Source: an uncultured Clostridia bacterium (GTDB lineage Bacteria > Bacillota > Clostridia > TANB77 > CAG-508). Taken from it: a stretch of 64,000 bases of DNA. The notes under the pieces were generated by a model. The model did no database searches and was not told the origin of the DNA. It saw only the letters and a program-made list of their open reading frames with translations. The DNA is taken from positions 11,926 to 75,925 of the forward strand of contig CAMKBC010000002.1 in the NCBI GenBank assembly GCA_946410665.1. The letters run 5' to 3'. The position numbers were made by a program, and so were the translations under genes. Shown here one piece after another: positions 50,401-55,617 of the stretch (position 1 is its first letter; every line of letters begins with the position of its first letter).

Positions 50401-52345
50401 TATTAAGGTTAATGGAGAAACAACTACATATGTAATTAGGGGCGAAAGATATCAAACTTACGAAACAACTCCAAAAGAAATCGAAGGCTATACATTAGTA
50501 AGTACAGTTGAAGAAGAAATTGAAGTTGATGGCGAGACAATTACTCACCAAGTAAGTAAATTACCTGCAAATGCAAACGGACAATTATTAGAAGAAGCAC
50601 AAGATGTAATTTATTACTATATAAAACAAGCAACTGTAAAAGTTGAATACTATGATACTGCTACAGATGAAAAGATTGATGAAGATACAACATTAAATGG
50701 CGTTGAAGGTGAGAATTATACAACATCTCCAAAAGCTATAACAGGATTTGTAGTTGATGAAGATAAAACACCAACAAACGCAAATGGAGTTTATAAAGTA
50801 GAAAGAGATGAAAACTTTGAACCAACAAACACAGAAGTAATTGTTAAATACTATTACAAGGCAATCTCTAAAGGTGTAGTAGTACATCATATTGATGATA
50901 AGCACGATACAATTCTAGAAACAGAAACTCTAGAAGGTATTGAAGGCGATAATTACGAAACAGCAAGTAAGACATTCGAAGGATTTGATTTAGTTGAAAC
51001 AAAATTACCTACAAACAAGAATGGTAAGTTTGCGAAAGAATCAATAACAGTAAATTACTATTATGTACGAAAAACAAAAGTTATTGCAAGCTATATCGAT
51101 ATAGAAGGTGGAAAACTAGCTGAAGACGTAATTATAGAAAATCACGAAGGTGATGAGTATGAGACAGAAGCTAAGACATTCACAAATTACAAATTAGTAG
51201 AAACACCAGAAAATCATAAAGGAACAACTAAGGTTAAAGTTAACGAGGATGATTCAATTGATGTAGTTACACATGTAACTTATGAATATGAATCAACAGT
51301 TAGTGCAGGATTAGTTGTACATCATAAAGACTTAAAGACAAAAACAGAGTTAAAGACTGACACTTATAATGGTGAAAGACACTCTATTGTTAAGATAAGT
51401 TCTAAAGATATTCCATTGTATGATTTAGCTAGATCAGAGCTTGTAGATGGTAAAGAGGTAAGTCTATTACCAGAAAGCGAAGATATAGAACTACTAAAAG
51501 ATTTACAAGAAGTTACATACTACTATAGAAGAAAAGCTAAGGTAATTGTAGAATACAGAGACACATTAACAAATGAAACAGTAATGGAAACAGAAACAAT
51601 AGAAGGACACGAAGATGAGAATTACGAAGTATCTGCAAAAGATATTAAAGGTTATGTGTTAGATCAAAAGAGATTACCAAGCAATACAAAAGGAACAATG
51701 AAAGTAAATGGAACAGAAGACACAACAATTGTTACATTCTACTATAAATTGATTCCAGCAGATGTTATTGAAAGATATGTTGATATCAATACACAAAAAG
51801 TTATTGAAGAAGTGGTACATAAAGGCGAGTTTGGTGAAGAGTACACAATTACTCCAAAAACAATACCTGGATTCACATTAATGACAAAAGATAAAGACGG
51901 AAATGATATTGTTCAAACAGCTAAAGGTAAATACACAACAACAAAGATTGAGATTGTTTACTATGTAGCACTAAATACTACAGTAAGAGTTCAATATATT
52001 AACTTAATAACAGACGAAAAGATGTCAGATGATCTTGTAATTAGAGGCTATGAAGGAAAAGAATACACAACAAGTCCTGATGAATTCGAAGGATACGAAT
52101 TAACAAACGATCCTGAAGAAGCACATGGAAGAATGAAAGCTGAAGAAATAGTTGTTAAATATTACTATGCTAAGAAACTAGATGGATTATTACCTCAAAC
52201 AAATGAAACAAACACAAAACAAATGGTATTAATTGCAATTCCAATCATAGTATTAGTTAACCTAGCTTTAGGTGTAAAAGCATTCAAGAGAACTAAAAAA
52301 GAAGAAGCAAAAGTAGAGAATGTAAAACAAACCGAAAGTAAATAA
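35480..52345 (+). CDS. Giant sortase-anchored adhesin (about 5621 aa): signal anchor, LamG, DUF11, beta-helix-like repeats, LamG x2, more beta-helix-like repeats, DUF11, about 15 MucBP repeats, LPQTNE sorting signal
   Basis: The ATG at 35480 has RBS aaaaggag. The ORF track's GTG at 35438 is a possible alternative start. LamG/ConA-like domains show the F.G.......L...(F/T).(E/L)..F...........L......GGYGL..........W........Y.....DG....LY..G pattern. Beta-helix-like units are INGG.F/ILGGN. DUF11 signatures are DSDSTPRN...KEDDDDF and DLDSTPAN...SEDDNDGD. Confidence 0.85.
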   Translation: MKTLKLKKVITIVTMFLLAIALIIVGETKRVELSEITKQKYLDNNNQTKITWGDLTGNGYDATAYNTGWNDASTGMVFNGTSSYAQIKEVNLEQFTLEVAFRASNLSKEGEQTLLANFQEGGYGLLIRDKRLIGQAYLDGEWKTISTEDGEGTVSDVLEENIMYVAHLTFDGTNLSLYLDGELIGTVTGTTLTYPKNNTIMMLGENPDGTNAVEDKYLEGTIHEAKIYSKSLSDNEIENNLEIVERVYADGVSGRLNNIEGYVQDGLLMDLEGRKIERTQERIADLSLRTFITKINGEELSTSREPNVEIVDGKFNYKHSKNKVNVVKGDVITYKIRVYNEGKEAANAEKVGIYLPEEMKVIGLDDSESVNSKYLWTQDEGNVFITKYLSNQEIKKNGVKVIENRSIPAYSENAGIQYKDIELEILVNEDITIADGYRLVVVAEIMKESQNDSDSTPRNFNMTQADIKTYKKAEAEQSSAESYIAGKEDDDDFENVYVNKTYDAKIELNKISIANEKNIGGGKIKITNNVSDSDIRLKIYNKATMSELEKDENGYVVPPQEGVLIGLSRLQKNVENEILIEEESAAEGYVKVIDSTKLKVKINANEEIEAIITSVVEKKIKEDGTVETQELSGSIEKDAFLRDEDQNGLVTKDGIATGQRVEYKIGEDGEWKRYTGSFKLQTNKTIYARSTDGTNYSGTAIKVVDNIDKIAPTIDTIADKEETLDIETSIEFHVTDTSTEDYGASGVSKFGISENDVDEPEEWLDADKTTDFTGTVEHIEDEGTFRIWVKDVAGNIAISNEFRIDLPDISVAKITAIVDRDGNEITSLINTEYYTLESCFATIPEGATATVQVIHRIYNEANVLDGNKTVTLDLNGYTIGNRSRREPTFTIGSENSDASLTVINNKGRGGVSSNNTEAIVINDGSIFTLGEDNKRVVQSQPKITGKTTGIDVKNGGVFNFYDGNITAEKAIYGNVSSTPIGYNAFIEDSTTDELQTATLQVISNVEARIGRKMYTLLEDAIADCQTKYGTDGSQVEVVLLKNIAKDMTIEIAENQNIKLDLNGHDFTTVTNGYVVDNKGKFELFDSSVMTGSYDYKVEAEDTSRVSRNGGSNISTNGFTGVQKYKELAFNFDIEEYGTYMFSISGIYMSRESDIYLDDSDTSMYNFAERTYGAEYTTVNVILDNLDPGTHRLRVVNNAEGGEQPIIDYFEVSNNKGSGRIYSTTNHVIHNWNFDERVTDISKIDTVDYEELITDEKVSIHNAYRHSRTWTDDLSVYRDEDNSIALNETTCEDWSAGYIEIDLTDKEVKPYLIQFDYHAKSTGNRRLDMYFSAYEFGAYDREGRILYRDGGNFDLNETYKAYVTGGSKHYIHLAMYKNRYCNNEFDFRVKSIKLVEVNDFNMAQMTITSGIIDTQKTGTYEERTGGIFNEGNLIVKGGRFTTALQTGDDGRKCGIRNYGFVTIQDAQFDGMIHGIYNGWYNNSKYGVMTPIVKINNVNMNCTHINYMGAGHSIAEIKKGKFNSKSSYEVWQNYEDSTVIINPESDEDVQFMNGGDWEIYMSRDNGKQLYIKGGTFRHAGGIIYSYDDYWRGSQRWMYNQITIDGGDFQSTSGEMIATSYSAKIIVNGGKFVTSGDRIFRINNFMDVTINDGEFYATRGTGNILYCDYYDNSYSKLTINGGYFTNVTEANNSYWTLFQFYYGAHVTINGGELHAGSTVFHENRGNLDLKILGGNITSNVGPLTNTDNHDGGCSVVIGTKDGNVEMQPEIKVSTSYPLVTNNNATVKFYDGVLYAQKNPFLNCNLEEIEDNTNVVSEDYGERGLKVWLGDNSSQENVEIYECPDNQSLVGTKYSTIQKALDQCSTDAGDNVTKIRLLKDYSNFEINTIKKGQNVIIDQDAYILWNYRNNGFDNYGKVEFINTQNNLYSREIKNTELVSNHIYPERDYNFTDYRIIKDKSGRNNDLELLCAGKDADTNGIACNTYTTGVIRNWNITDAEQKAMEIVLKTTTRENTCIFMSPNGQHMAFGVWNNTFLLSCKSNNNQTFVIPDDFYDGTMKDIVINYNSETNQYTVYYNGRKLETRGSGNWWGNGNSYGAFFGRRPNQDNFHGTVFALRQYSENLTEEQIATNYESAQEKYVDGEDEDNYTTDNLILDIDSSTIDWEKVALASHNVNNYTTNSWGYQKIDLRDQAGRFLITVNAETRISNISGRTSWAHARILTDTSIRGESDTTGRFIHVTGDTTATDYTYEVEGGKIYYLHYGFYHNSQALETFTINSIKVTTIQQGKIFSRNCNLLKNGRLVEEESWKDLSGNNRHGVLVGPVWDDDNRGLVFDGNDYVRIAQMNYRQFTFESTFELSSIHNGWNTVMSNYHSGGWGLSVNGSDKKLYARAYINGDYRNIPLEIPIEVNTKYTAGIMYDGHMMYLYVNGMVVNTWKSTDYDTYKHWPDSSTYVVLGGDAAGSGADGEWLNGKVYSARGYSRKLTDLEIAQNYQKDRALYYGDDAEYIENITGYVEKDRILDFEGRHHADSLDNSMYAKLGANLYIEERGLKNRDVIKNAGTLDIDTYKFIVDGRNTKTIRNDNDGIVNIYGWDYDSTSYENTVVFDNHRRGTINYYDGNTEATTSESSIIFNNLNNSTANIYDGIIRKNGRYVMNQNGGYSTMNIYGGTITCEGRWDGETRILYNYENGTLNISGGIINYYATSNYSTRYGIDNINSAEFHITGGKINWQSTYCNYSRVIRNASPKHSSIENYEIYARELNTSTDLIHFLNEGTNSEITIKNSKFWQDAHTTSWNNHAAIYNNASNAVVNVENFISDTIWIGINNPNGTVNVKNCNILNSVTGINISAGAVNCDGVNVESTTTGLNQTGGTLHVYGNSRITSTTNGANVTGGTFILGQEGANSEDENEPIVDINKPYIQGVNYGVNNTATFKFYDGRIKANDGKSITGNITAKEAGYQVKVIKYTEGESGNEIAKEDSILAQLPIIEIVGVGEYTNLRDFQTAVDGLETTEEVDGETITREYKINLLQNISMDASEEGLTFKEGLKATFDIKGYRFTSANKDVITNNGDMTFIDSVGTGEYYNNSNGSYFINNGKMKVSNAIVRVLGAGNSGNWKKIFNNIGDLEFDTINFTSSGGSYTHMIYDEGEGTFKDTNSKIIGTSSLGETDRERIYNNATGDMEFNGTTMSYISYIQNVKTGNMTFNDIYQDNGWEIVNHNVGNITYNGTSKSYTTYGIRAEGGAGTSTITINDETLISGYYRAFTNDTTAQFIMNGGSIETRYSYSPETIRQTGNGLIQINGGTVVNHVKRIYAGKFVVDGETAVVNGEYIYLNNTGGMYGTFELRNGNVNCRIQSQVDNATINILGGNLNCDAASWSIDAGSYKTNITIGTKDGEVTNSPHIRGYIWSYYYSNTCYYDGTITVSNSADYLSTEVGFYGLVNEFEEGYTPEKNVNSEHEDWYDITLVEQKEIAEVDGVKYDDLQEAIDACTTSGKTIKMLKDYIEVKTYTVPSGIDEESEEEQELKKITLDLNGHIIAPIGRDWGGDELSREFLHNYGDLTITDSVEAEEDENGDRLVKNKRGKIHGYAQGYIDNYGNLKFDSSKMMFKAQAWTNTIRNYNDGNVSFDNFYMYDRALPDGSPQHRVVYNYSTGKIELNDSIIDFYGEYVWRRGESQQYFVYNTSNNSEQHTEYNINNSVINALGSSSYYFVLDDANGQMDTEIHDSKLVSFNNIKKELKIYDSSINGYMYANNYEAEILLKNVRQNRYINCQNAWFTIEDCNLGTDNDWNYTYFYGKVRSIKNSNFSTNTSEGAHIYGTDGAGVIENSRFYRFKTYNGSNLELKDVTIQDYIENGASNHQNCRITINGGTYDKIYSNTLNDVITLNSGNFRYIENRANSKLYIYGGNYNNTSGECVNNAGIFTLGADDGEVSIEEPAITGSTYGVTNTGTFNFYDGIIQGGNKAINGSVTAKPVSYRVSYLQNNTVAILDYVTQVENAVTMNGVYYNTLDAAIKVAPSNQEIYLYINNEIGLTDTFVIPEDKNIVINLQGNSITYSSTEPAIINNGILRIYDYFENEEGIHETTYGAVRNDRGLAIDNRGTLTLGENDGTVDTTTPSVVGLGEALRNSGTFAFYDGRCVVLDNNGNETVTVADESVQTADVKELSTLRKLGDNTQISIDDEGRVISRLSSPEIAVTPSYWTNQDVEVTMNATDRVIMNIGDRQQGMDLSLKQYVSKVGNTAIDRKPVITEETEQAILRTQNGVYGRSEDEVYANVEDGDDEVTYTISIYNEGTETGYAAEIIEFIPENLEFVSDNEVNIANGWEVASTDSTTGRVTAVKTNNLANVAALADLDGDSIMKLLRGEIETVPSVDLVLKVHVTPTREKVYHTVNGEITAAKDSSGNTYGAYFTEGNGVNSDLDSTPANYPAKSEDDNDGDTFYTLMKKGKVNIKYVDQKTNQEISDSTVIEGFEGDPYNALSYGKIIENYRLMREPEEPTGTFTKDTQEKVFYYAHISAGVVVNHIDVNTDRVIKTETLTGIEDQDYTTSSEEFEGYDLVESRLPDANIANGKMTIDAITVNYYYERQTTVRVKHLDKYLTGDNAKLCDDIVIEGHEKDEYTTEAKTFDGYKLDETSLPQNASGTMEVVDRGNGNVQTETTVIYYYISESEGVDILYKDTYSDKEIAEKTSITGYEGDQYTSEAKTFMLYDLDESRLPTNASGTLGKDKKTVTYYYKHAASIRVEYVDKNANTKIVDDDIIEGHENDVKEVRPKDIDDYVLDSESQKDDYNVTMVVTRDADKNVISFTTVVTFYYNKVSAGVIEKHIDIYDDTLMEEPTVHEGSEGQYYKINPKTFAGFDLVETSLPDNAEGHMSVSAIEVKYYYARKTQLIIKHIDVQTNTEIPNSRITINNHRKDNYTTSGKAIAGYKLQEDRLPDNASGVMEITENEGNIDITTTVTYYYESTSSAGVTVHFRDIKTNKDIKVNGETTTYVIRGERYQTYETTPKEIEGYTLVSTVEEEIEVDGETITHQVSKLPANANGQLLEEAQDVIYYYIKQATVKVEYYDTATDEKIDEDTTLNGVEGENYTTSPKAITGFVVDEDKTPTNANGVYKVERDENFEPTNTEVIVKYYYKAISKGVVVHHIDDKHDTILETETLEGIEGDNYETASKTFEGFDLVETKLPTNKNGKFAKESITVNYYYVRKTKVIASYIDIEGGKLAEDVIIENHEGDEYETEAKTFTNYKLVETPENHKGTTKVKVNEDDSIDVVTHVTYEYESTVSAGLVVHHKDLKTKTELKTDTYNGERHSIVKISSKDIPLYDLARSELVDGKEVSLLPESEDIELLKDLQEVTYYYRRKAKVIVEYRDTLTNETVMETETIEGHEDENYEVSAKDIKGYVLDQKRLPSNTKGTMKVNGTEDTTIVTFYYKLIPADVIERYVDINTQKVIEEVVHKGEFGEEYTITPKTIPGFTLMTKDKDGNDIVQTAKGKYTTTKIEIVYYVALNTTVRVQYINLITDEKMSDDLVIRGYEGKEYTTSPDEFEGYELTNDPEEAHGRMKAEEIVVKYYYAKKLDGLLPQTNETNTKQMVLIAIPIIVLVNLALGVKAFKRTKKEEAKVENVKQTESK
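35630..36215 (+). other. LamG/concanavalin-A-like lectin domain 1
   Basis: LTGNGYDATAYNTGWNDASTGMVFNGTSSYAQIKEV...FTLEVAFRASN...TLLANFQEGGYGLLI...YLDGEWKTI...YVAHLTFDGTNLSLYLDGELIGT...LGENPDG...LEGTIHEAKIYSKSLSDNEIENN. Confidence 0.7.
41343..41875 (+). other. LamG/concanavalin-A-like lectin domain 2
   Basis: SGRNNDLELLCAGKDAD...AMEIVLKTTTRENTCIFMSPNGQHMAFGVWNNTFLLS...YDGTMKDIVINYNSETNQYTVYYNGRKLETRG...FFGRRPNQDNFHGTVFALRQYSENLTEEQIATNY. Confidence 0.65.
42395..42950 (+). other. LamG/concanavalin-A-like lectin domain 3
   Basis: LSGNNRHGVLVGPVWDDDNRGLVFDGNDYVRIAQMNYRQFTFESTFEL....NTVMSNYHSGGWGLSVNGSDKKLYARAYINGDYRNIPLEIPIEVNTKYTAGIMYDGHMMYLYVNGMVVNTW...LGGDAAG...WLNGKVYSARGYSRKLTDLEIAQNY. Confidence 0.7.
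48793..52185 (+). repeat. MucBP-like repeat array (about 15 tandem units of 65-85 aa)
   Basis: Each unit starts at a V.V.(Y/H)(I/V)D block, contains I(E/T)G.EG(D/E).Y.T......GY(K/D)L.E..LP.NA.G, and ends in (V/I).YYY. The last two units are about 70% identical to the last two MucBP units of the 3842-aa protein. Confidence 0.75.
52201..52218 (+). other. Sortase sorting-signal motif LPQTNE, followed by a hydrophobic segment and a basic tail
   Basis: tta cct caa aca aat gaa encodes LPQTNE, followed by ...MVLIAIPIIVLVNLALGVKAFKRTKK. Confidence 0.7.
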
Positions 52346-52355
52346 AAGCAAGTAA

Positions 52356-52390
52356 GTAGAGACTATAAGAAATTATAGTCTCTATTTTTT
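52356..52390 (+). terminator. Rho-independent terminator
   Basis: The stem tagagactataa/ttatagtctcta has loop gaaat and is followed by ttttttg. Confidence 0.7.
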
Positions 52391-52461
52391 GTGACAACTT
52401 GACTTTTTATTATATATATAATAGAAGAAATATATAGATTTAGTTTAAACGAGGTATAAAA

Positions 52462-53250
52462 ATGAAATTAATTTCATGGAATGTTAATGGCTTAAGAGCT
52501 TGCATGACAAAAGGATTTAAGAATTTTTTTGAAGAGATTGATGCAGATGCATTTTGTATTCAAGAAACAAAAATGCAAGAAGAACAAATTGATATAGATA
52601 TAATGAGTTTAGGTACACAGTATTTCAATAGTGCAGAGAAAAAAGGATATTCAGGAACCGCTGTGTTTGTTAAAAATGAACCAATAAAAGTTACAAGAGG
52701 CATTGTAGATGAGTTTAAAAACAACAAAGAAGTAAAAGTTTTAGCGGAAGATAACGAAGGAAGAATTATCACAGTTGAATACGAAAAATTCTATTTGGTT
52801 AATTGCTATGTACCAAATGCACAAAGAGAACTTACAAGACTTGATTATAGAATGACTTGGGAAGATGGAATGAGAAACTACTTAAAACTTTTAGATAGCA
52901 AAAAGCCAATTGTTTATTGTGGAGATTTAAATGTTGCACATGAAGAAATTGACTTAAAGAATCCAAAAACAAATCGTGGTAATGCGGGTTTTACTGATGA
53001 AGAAAGAGAAAAAATGACAAAGCTTTTAGATAGTGATTTCATCGATACTTTCAGATACAAATATCCAGACACAACTGATGCATATACTTGGTGGAGTTAT
53101 ATGAGAAACGTAAGAGAAAAGAATATAGGATGGAGAATAGATTATTTTATCGTTTCAGATAGAATCAAAGATAAAGTAATTGATGCAAAAATCCATTCAA
53201 ACATTTATGGAAGTGACCATTGCCCAATCGAGCTAGATTTGGATATTTAG
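52462..53250 (+). CDS. xthA: Exodeoxyribonuclease III (AP endonuclease, ExoA/Xth family)
   Basis: MKLISWNVNGLRA...QETK...GDLNVAH...SDHCPI is the classic ExoIII pattern. The protein is 262 aa. Confidence 0.9.
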   Translation: MKLISWNVNGLRACMTKGFKNFFEEIDADAFCIQETKMQEEQIDIDIMSLGTQYFNSAEKKGYSGTAVFVKNEPIKVTRGIVDEFKNNKEVKVLAEDNEGRIITVEYEKFYLVNCYVPNAQRELTRLDYRMTWEDGMRNYLKLLDSKKPIVYCGDLNVAHEEIDLKNPKTNRGNAGFTDEEREKMTKLLDSDFIDTFRYKYPDTTDAYTWWSYMRNVREKNIGWRIDYFIVSDRIKDKVIDAKIHSNIYGSDHCPIELDLDI

Positions 53251-53355
53251 AACGCATTGTTTACATAAAAACAAATTTAATAATTACAAAAATTACAGTT
53301 TGGTTTTCTAGTTTACATATAGATAATTAGACTGTAATTTTTTTGTCTTTTTTTA

Positions 53356-53384
53356 TTGATAAATGAGGACCTATATGATATAAA
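53356..53384 (+). promoter_or_regulatory. Sigma-A-type promoter, TTGATA-17-TGaTATAAA, for the two-component operon
   Basis: The -35 is ttgata at 53356-61, the spacer is 17 nt, and the extended -10 tgatataaa ends at 53384. Confidence 0.5.
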
Positions 53385-53442
53385 TAAGAAGTATTTAAGA
53401 GCATTTTTTTCAAAATAAAATAAACGAAAGGAAAGCGTAAAA

Positions 53443-54192
53443 ATGGAGAACGAAAATATTGTCCCAAATGAAGTTACAAATGAAGAAGAGAAAAAATTAA
53501 TTCTTGCTGTAGATGATGAAGAATCAATATTAGATTTATTAAAATTCAATATTGAAAAAGAAGGTTATAGCGTTGAAACAGCAACAAATGGTGAAGACGG
53601 ATTTAAGAAGGCAATGGAGTTAAAACCAGACGTTATTATTCTTGATGTAATGTTACCAAAACAAGATGGTTTAACAGTTTGTAGAAGACTAAGACAAGAA
53701 AATATCAACACACCTATTATTATGCTTTCTGCAAGAAGTGAAGAAATTGATAAAATCTTAGGATTAGAAATTGGTGCAGATGATTACATGACTAAGCCAT
53801 TTAGTACAAGAGAATTAACTGCAAGAATTAAAGCTAATCTTAGAAAAGCTGATCAAGCTGCAAATATCATGGCTTCAAGAAGAGACAATAAAATCGATGT
53901 CGGAAGTATGACATTAGATTTAGATAAATTTGAAGTTAATGTTAGAGGAGAAATTATCTCTGACTTAACAAGAAGAGAATTCGAAGTATTAAAATACTTA
54001 GCTCAAAAACCAGGACAAGTAGTTACAAGAGAAGACTTACTTGAAAAGGTTTGGGGATATGAATACTATGGAGACATCAGAACAGTTGATGTTACTGTAA
54101 GAAGAATTAGAGAAAAAATTGAAAAGAATACTGCAAACCCTAAAATCTTAATTACAAAAAGAGGAGTAGGATATTATATTGCTAATAAATAG
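53443..54192 (+). CDS. OmpR-family response regulator, WalR/YycF-like
   Basis: The receiver domain reads LAVDDEESILDLL...DVIILDVMLP. GLEIGADDYMTKPFSTRELTARIKANLRK is near-identical to WalR. A winged-helix domain sits at the C-terminus. Confidence 0.9.
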   Translation: MENENIVPNEVTNEEEKKLILAVDDEESILDLLKFNIEKEGYSVETATNGEDGFKKAMELKPDVIILDVMLPKQDGLTVCRRLRQENINTPIIMLSARSEEIDKILGLEIGADDYMTKPFSTRELTARIKANLRKADQAANIMASRRDNKIDVGSMTLDLDKFEVNVRGEIISDLTRREFEVLKYLAQKPGQVVTREDLLEKVWGYEYYGDIRTVDVTVRRIREKIEKNTANPKILITKRGVGYYIANK

Positions 54193-54235
54193 TTAATATA
54201 AAACAAAACCATTAATTAGATTAAGAGGCATTATT

Positions 54236-55606
54236 ATGAAAAATTATCATTTTAGATATATTCTTTTGTCTGATCTAATTTGTACTTTAGTAATTTTAGT
54301 AATGTGGTTTACTATATCAATTGTAATAGGTAATATAACAGGCAACGAAGCAATAATTACCAAGATTGGTATTATTGCTTTTATTGCATTATGTGCTTGT
54401 TCATTCTTATTTATAGTTATAGCAATTTACACACAATTGAAAGTAATTGTTCCAACATCAAGAATGTTAAAGAGTGCAAACTTAACACCAATTGATAAGA
54501 TGCCTAAAAATGAGTCAGAATTAAATGCACTTGTTAGCGAATTACAGTACAGACTAAGAGATACAGACAAACAAAGAACAGAGATTAGTACAATATTAAA
54601 CAATTTAAATGATGGAGTTATTTCGTTTGATATGGACGGAACAGTAAATTACATCAACCCTACAGCTAAGTATTTACTAGAACTTAGGGACACTGATGAT
54701 ACATTTACAAAAATCTTTTCTAAATTTGGTGGAAGTGAAGACGACAACTACAATATGGAAAAGATTATTTACCTAGATAACTTAACTTCATCTGATAACA
54801 CAATAACAAACAATGTTGGAACAATGAATATAGCATTTGTTCCATTCAAAGATGAAATAAACAGACCTACAGGTCTTATGACAATAATTCATGACATTAC
54901 AAACAGTGTAAAGAATGACGAAATGAGAAAACGTTTCGTAGCTGACGTATCACATGAATTAAAGACCCCATTAACATCAATTAAAGGATTTTCAGAAACT
55001 TTACTTGATGGCGTTCAAGATGCAGAAACAATAAATCACTTTATTAAAGTTATTTATGAAAATGCTGAACGTATGGAAAAATTAGTTCAAGATTTATTAA
55101 CGCTTTCAAAATATGATAGAAAAACTGAAATTAAATTCACAACATTTGATCTTGGAAAATTAACTAAGAGTTGTGTTGAAAAATTTGAAATTGAAGTTCA
55201 AAGAAAAGGACAAAAGCTTAATAGTTATGTAACATCTAATATTCCTGACATTGAGGGAGATTATGATGGCTTAGAAAGAGTTATAATTAACATTATTAGC
55301 AATAGTGTTAAATATACTCCAGAAGGTGGCTCAATTGATGTTTATGTTGGATCATTCAGAAATATAGCATACATCAAGATTAAAGACACAGGTATCGGAA
55401 TTTCAAGAAAAGACTTAGACAGAGTATTCGATAGATTCTATAGAGTAGACAAAGCTCGTTCAAGAGAAATGGGTGGAACTGGACTTGGTCTTTCTATAGC
55501 TAAGCAAATTGTTGAGCAAAATGGCGGAAATATTGAAATTAAGAGTGAGCCAGGAAAAGGTACAGAAGTAATCATTCAAGTACCAATTAAGAATGATAAA
55601 GAATAA
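54236..55606 (+). CDS. Sensor histidine kinase with 2 TM segments, a PAS-like domain, HisKA and HATPase (456 aa)
   Basis: The H-box is FVADVSHELKTPLTSIKGF, the N-box is IISNSVKYTPEGG, and the G-boxes are DTGIGI and GGTGLGLSIAKQIVEQNGG. Confidence 0.9.
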   Translation: MKNYHFRYILLSDLICTLVILVMWFTISIVIGNITGNEAIITKIGIIAFIALCACSFLFIVIAIYTQLKVIVPTSRMLKSANLTPIDKMPKNESELNALVSELQYRLRDTDKQRTEISTILNNLNDGVISFDMDGTVNYINPTAKYLLELRDTDDTFTKIFSKFGGSEDDNYNMEKIIYLDNLTSSDNTITNNVGTMNIAFVPFKDEINRPTGLMTIIHDITNSVKNDEMRKRFVADVSHELKTPLTSIKGFSETLLDGVQDAETINHFIKVIYENAERMEKLVQDLLTLSKYDRKTEIKFTTFDLGKLTKSCVEKFEIEVQRKGQKLNSYVTSNIPDIEGDYDGLERVIINIISNSVKYTPEGGSIDVYVGSFRNIAYIKIKDTGIGISRKDLDRVFDRFYRVDKARSREMGGTGLGLSIAKQIVEQNGGNIEIKSEPGKGTEVIIQVPIKNDKE

Positions 55607-55617
55607 GGAAGAAGAAC

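Noticed and set aside
4163-52345. Possibility that adhesin variability is driven by a diversity-generating retroelement or by shufflons
   Set aside because: No reverse transcriptase, template repeat, invertase or recombinase gene is present in the window. The only repeats are the paralogous promoter and C-terminal cassettes.
52385-52461. TTGACT-12-TATAAT-like promoter upstream of xthA
   Set aside because: The spacer is too short (12 nt) for a confident sigma-A promoter call. An alternative -35 gives a 20-nt spacer. It is left unannotated.
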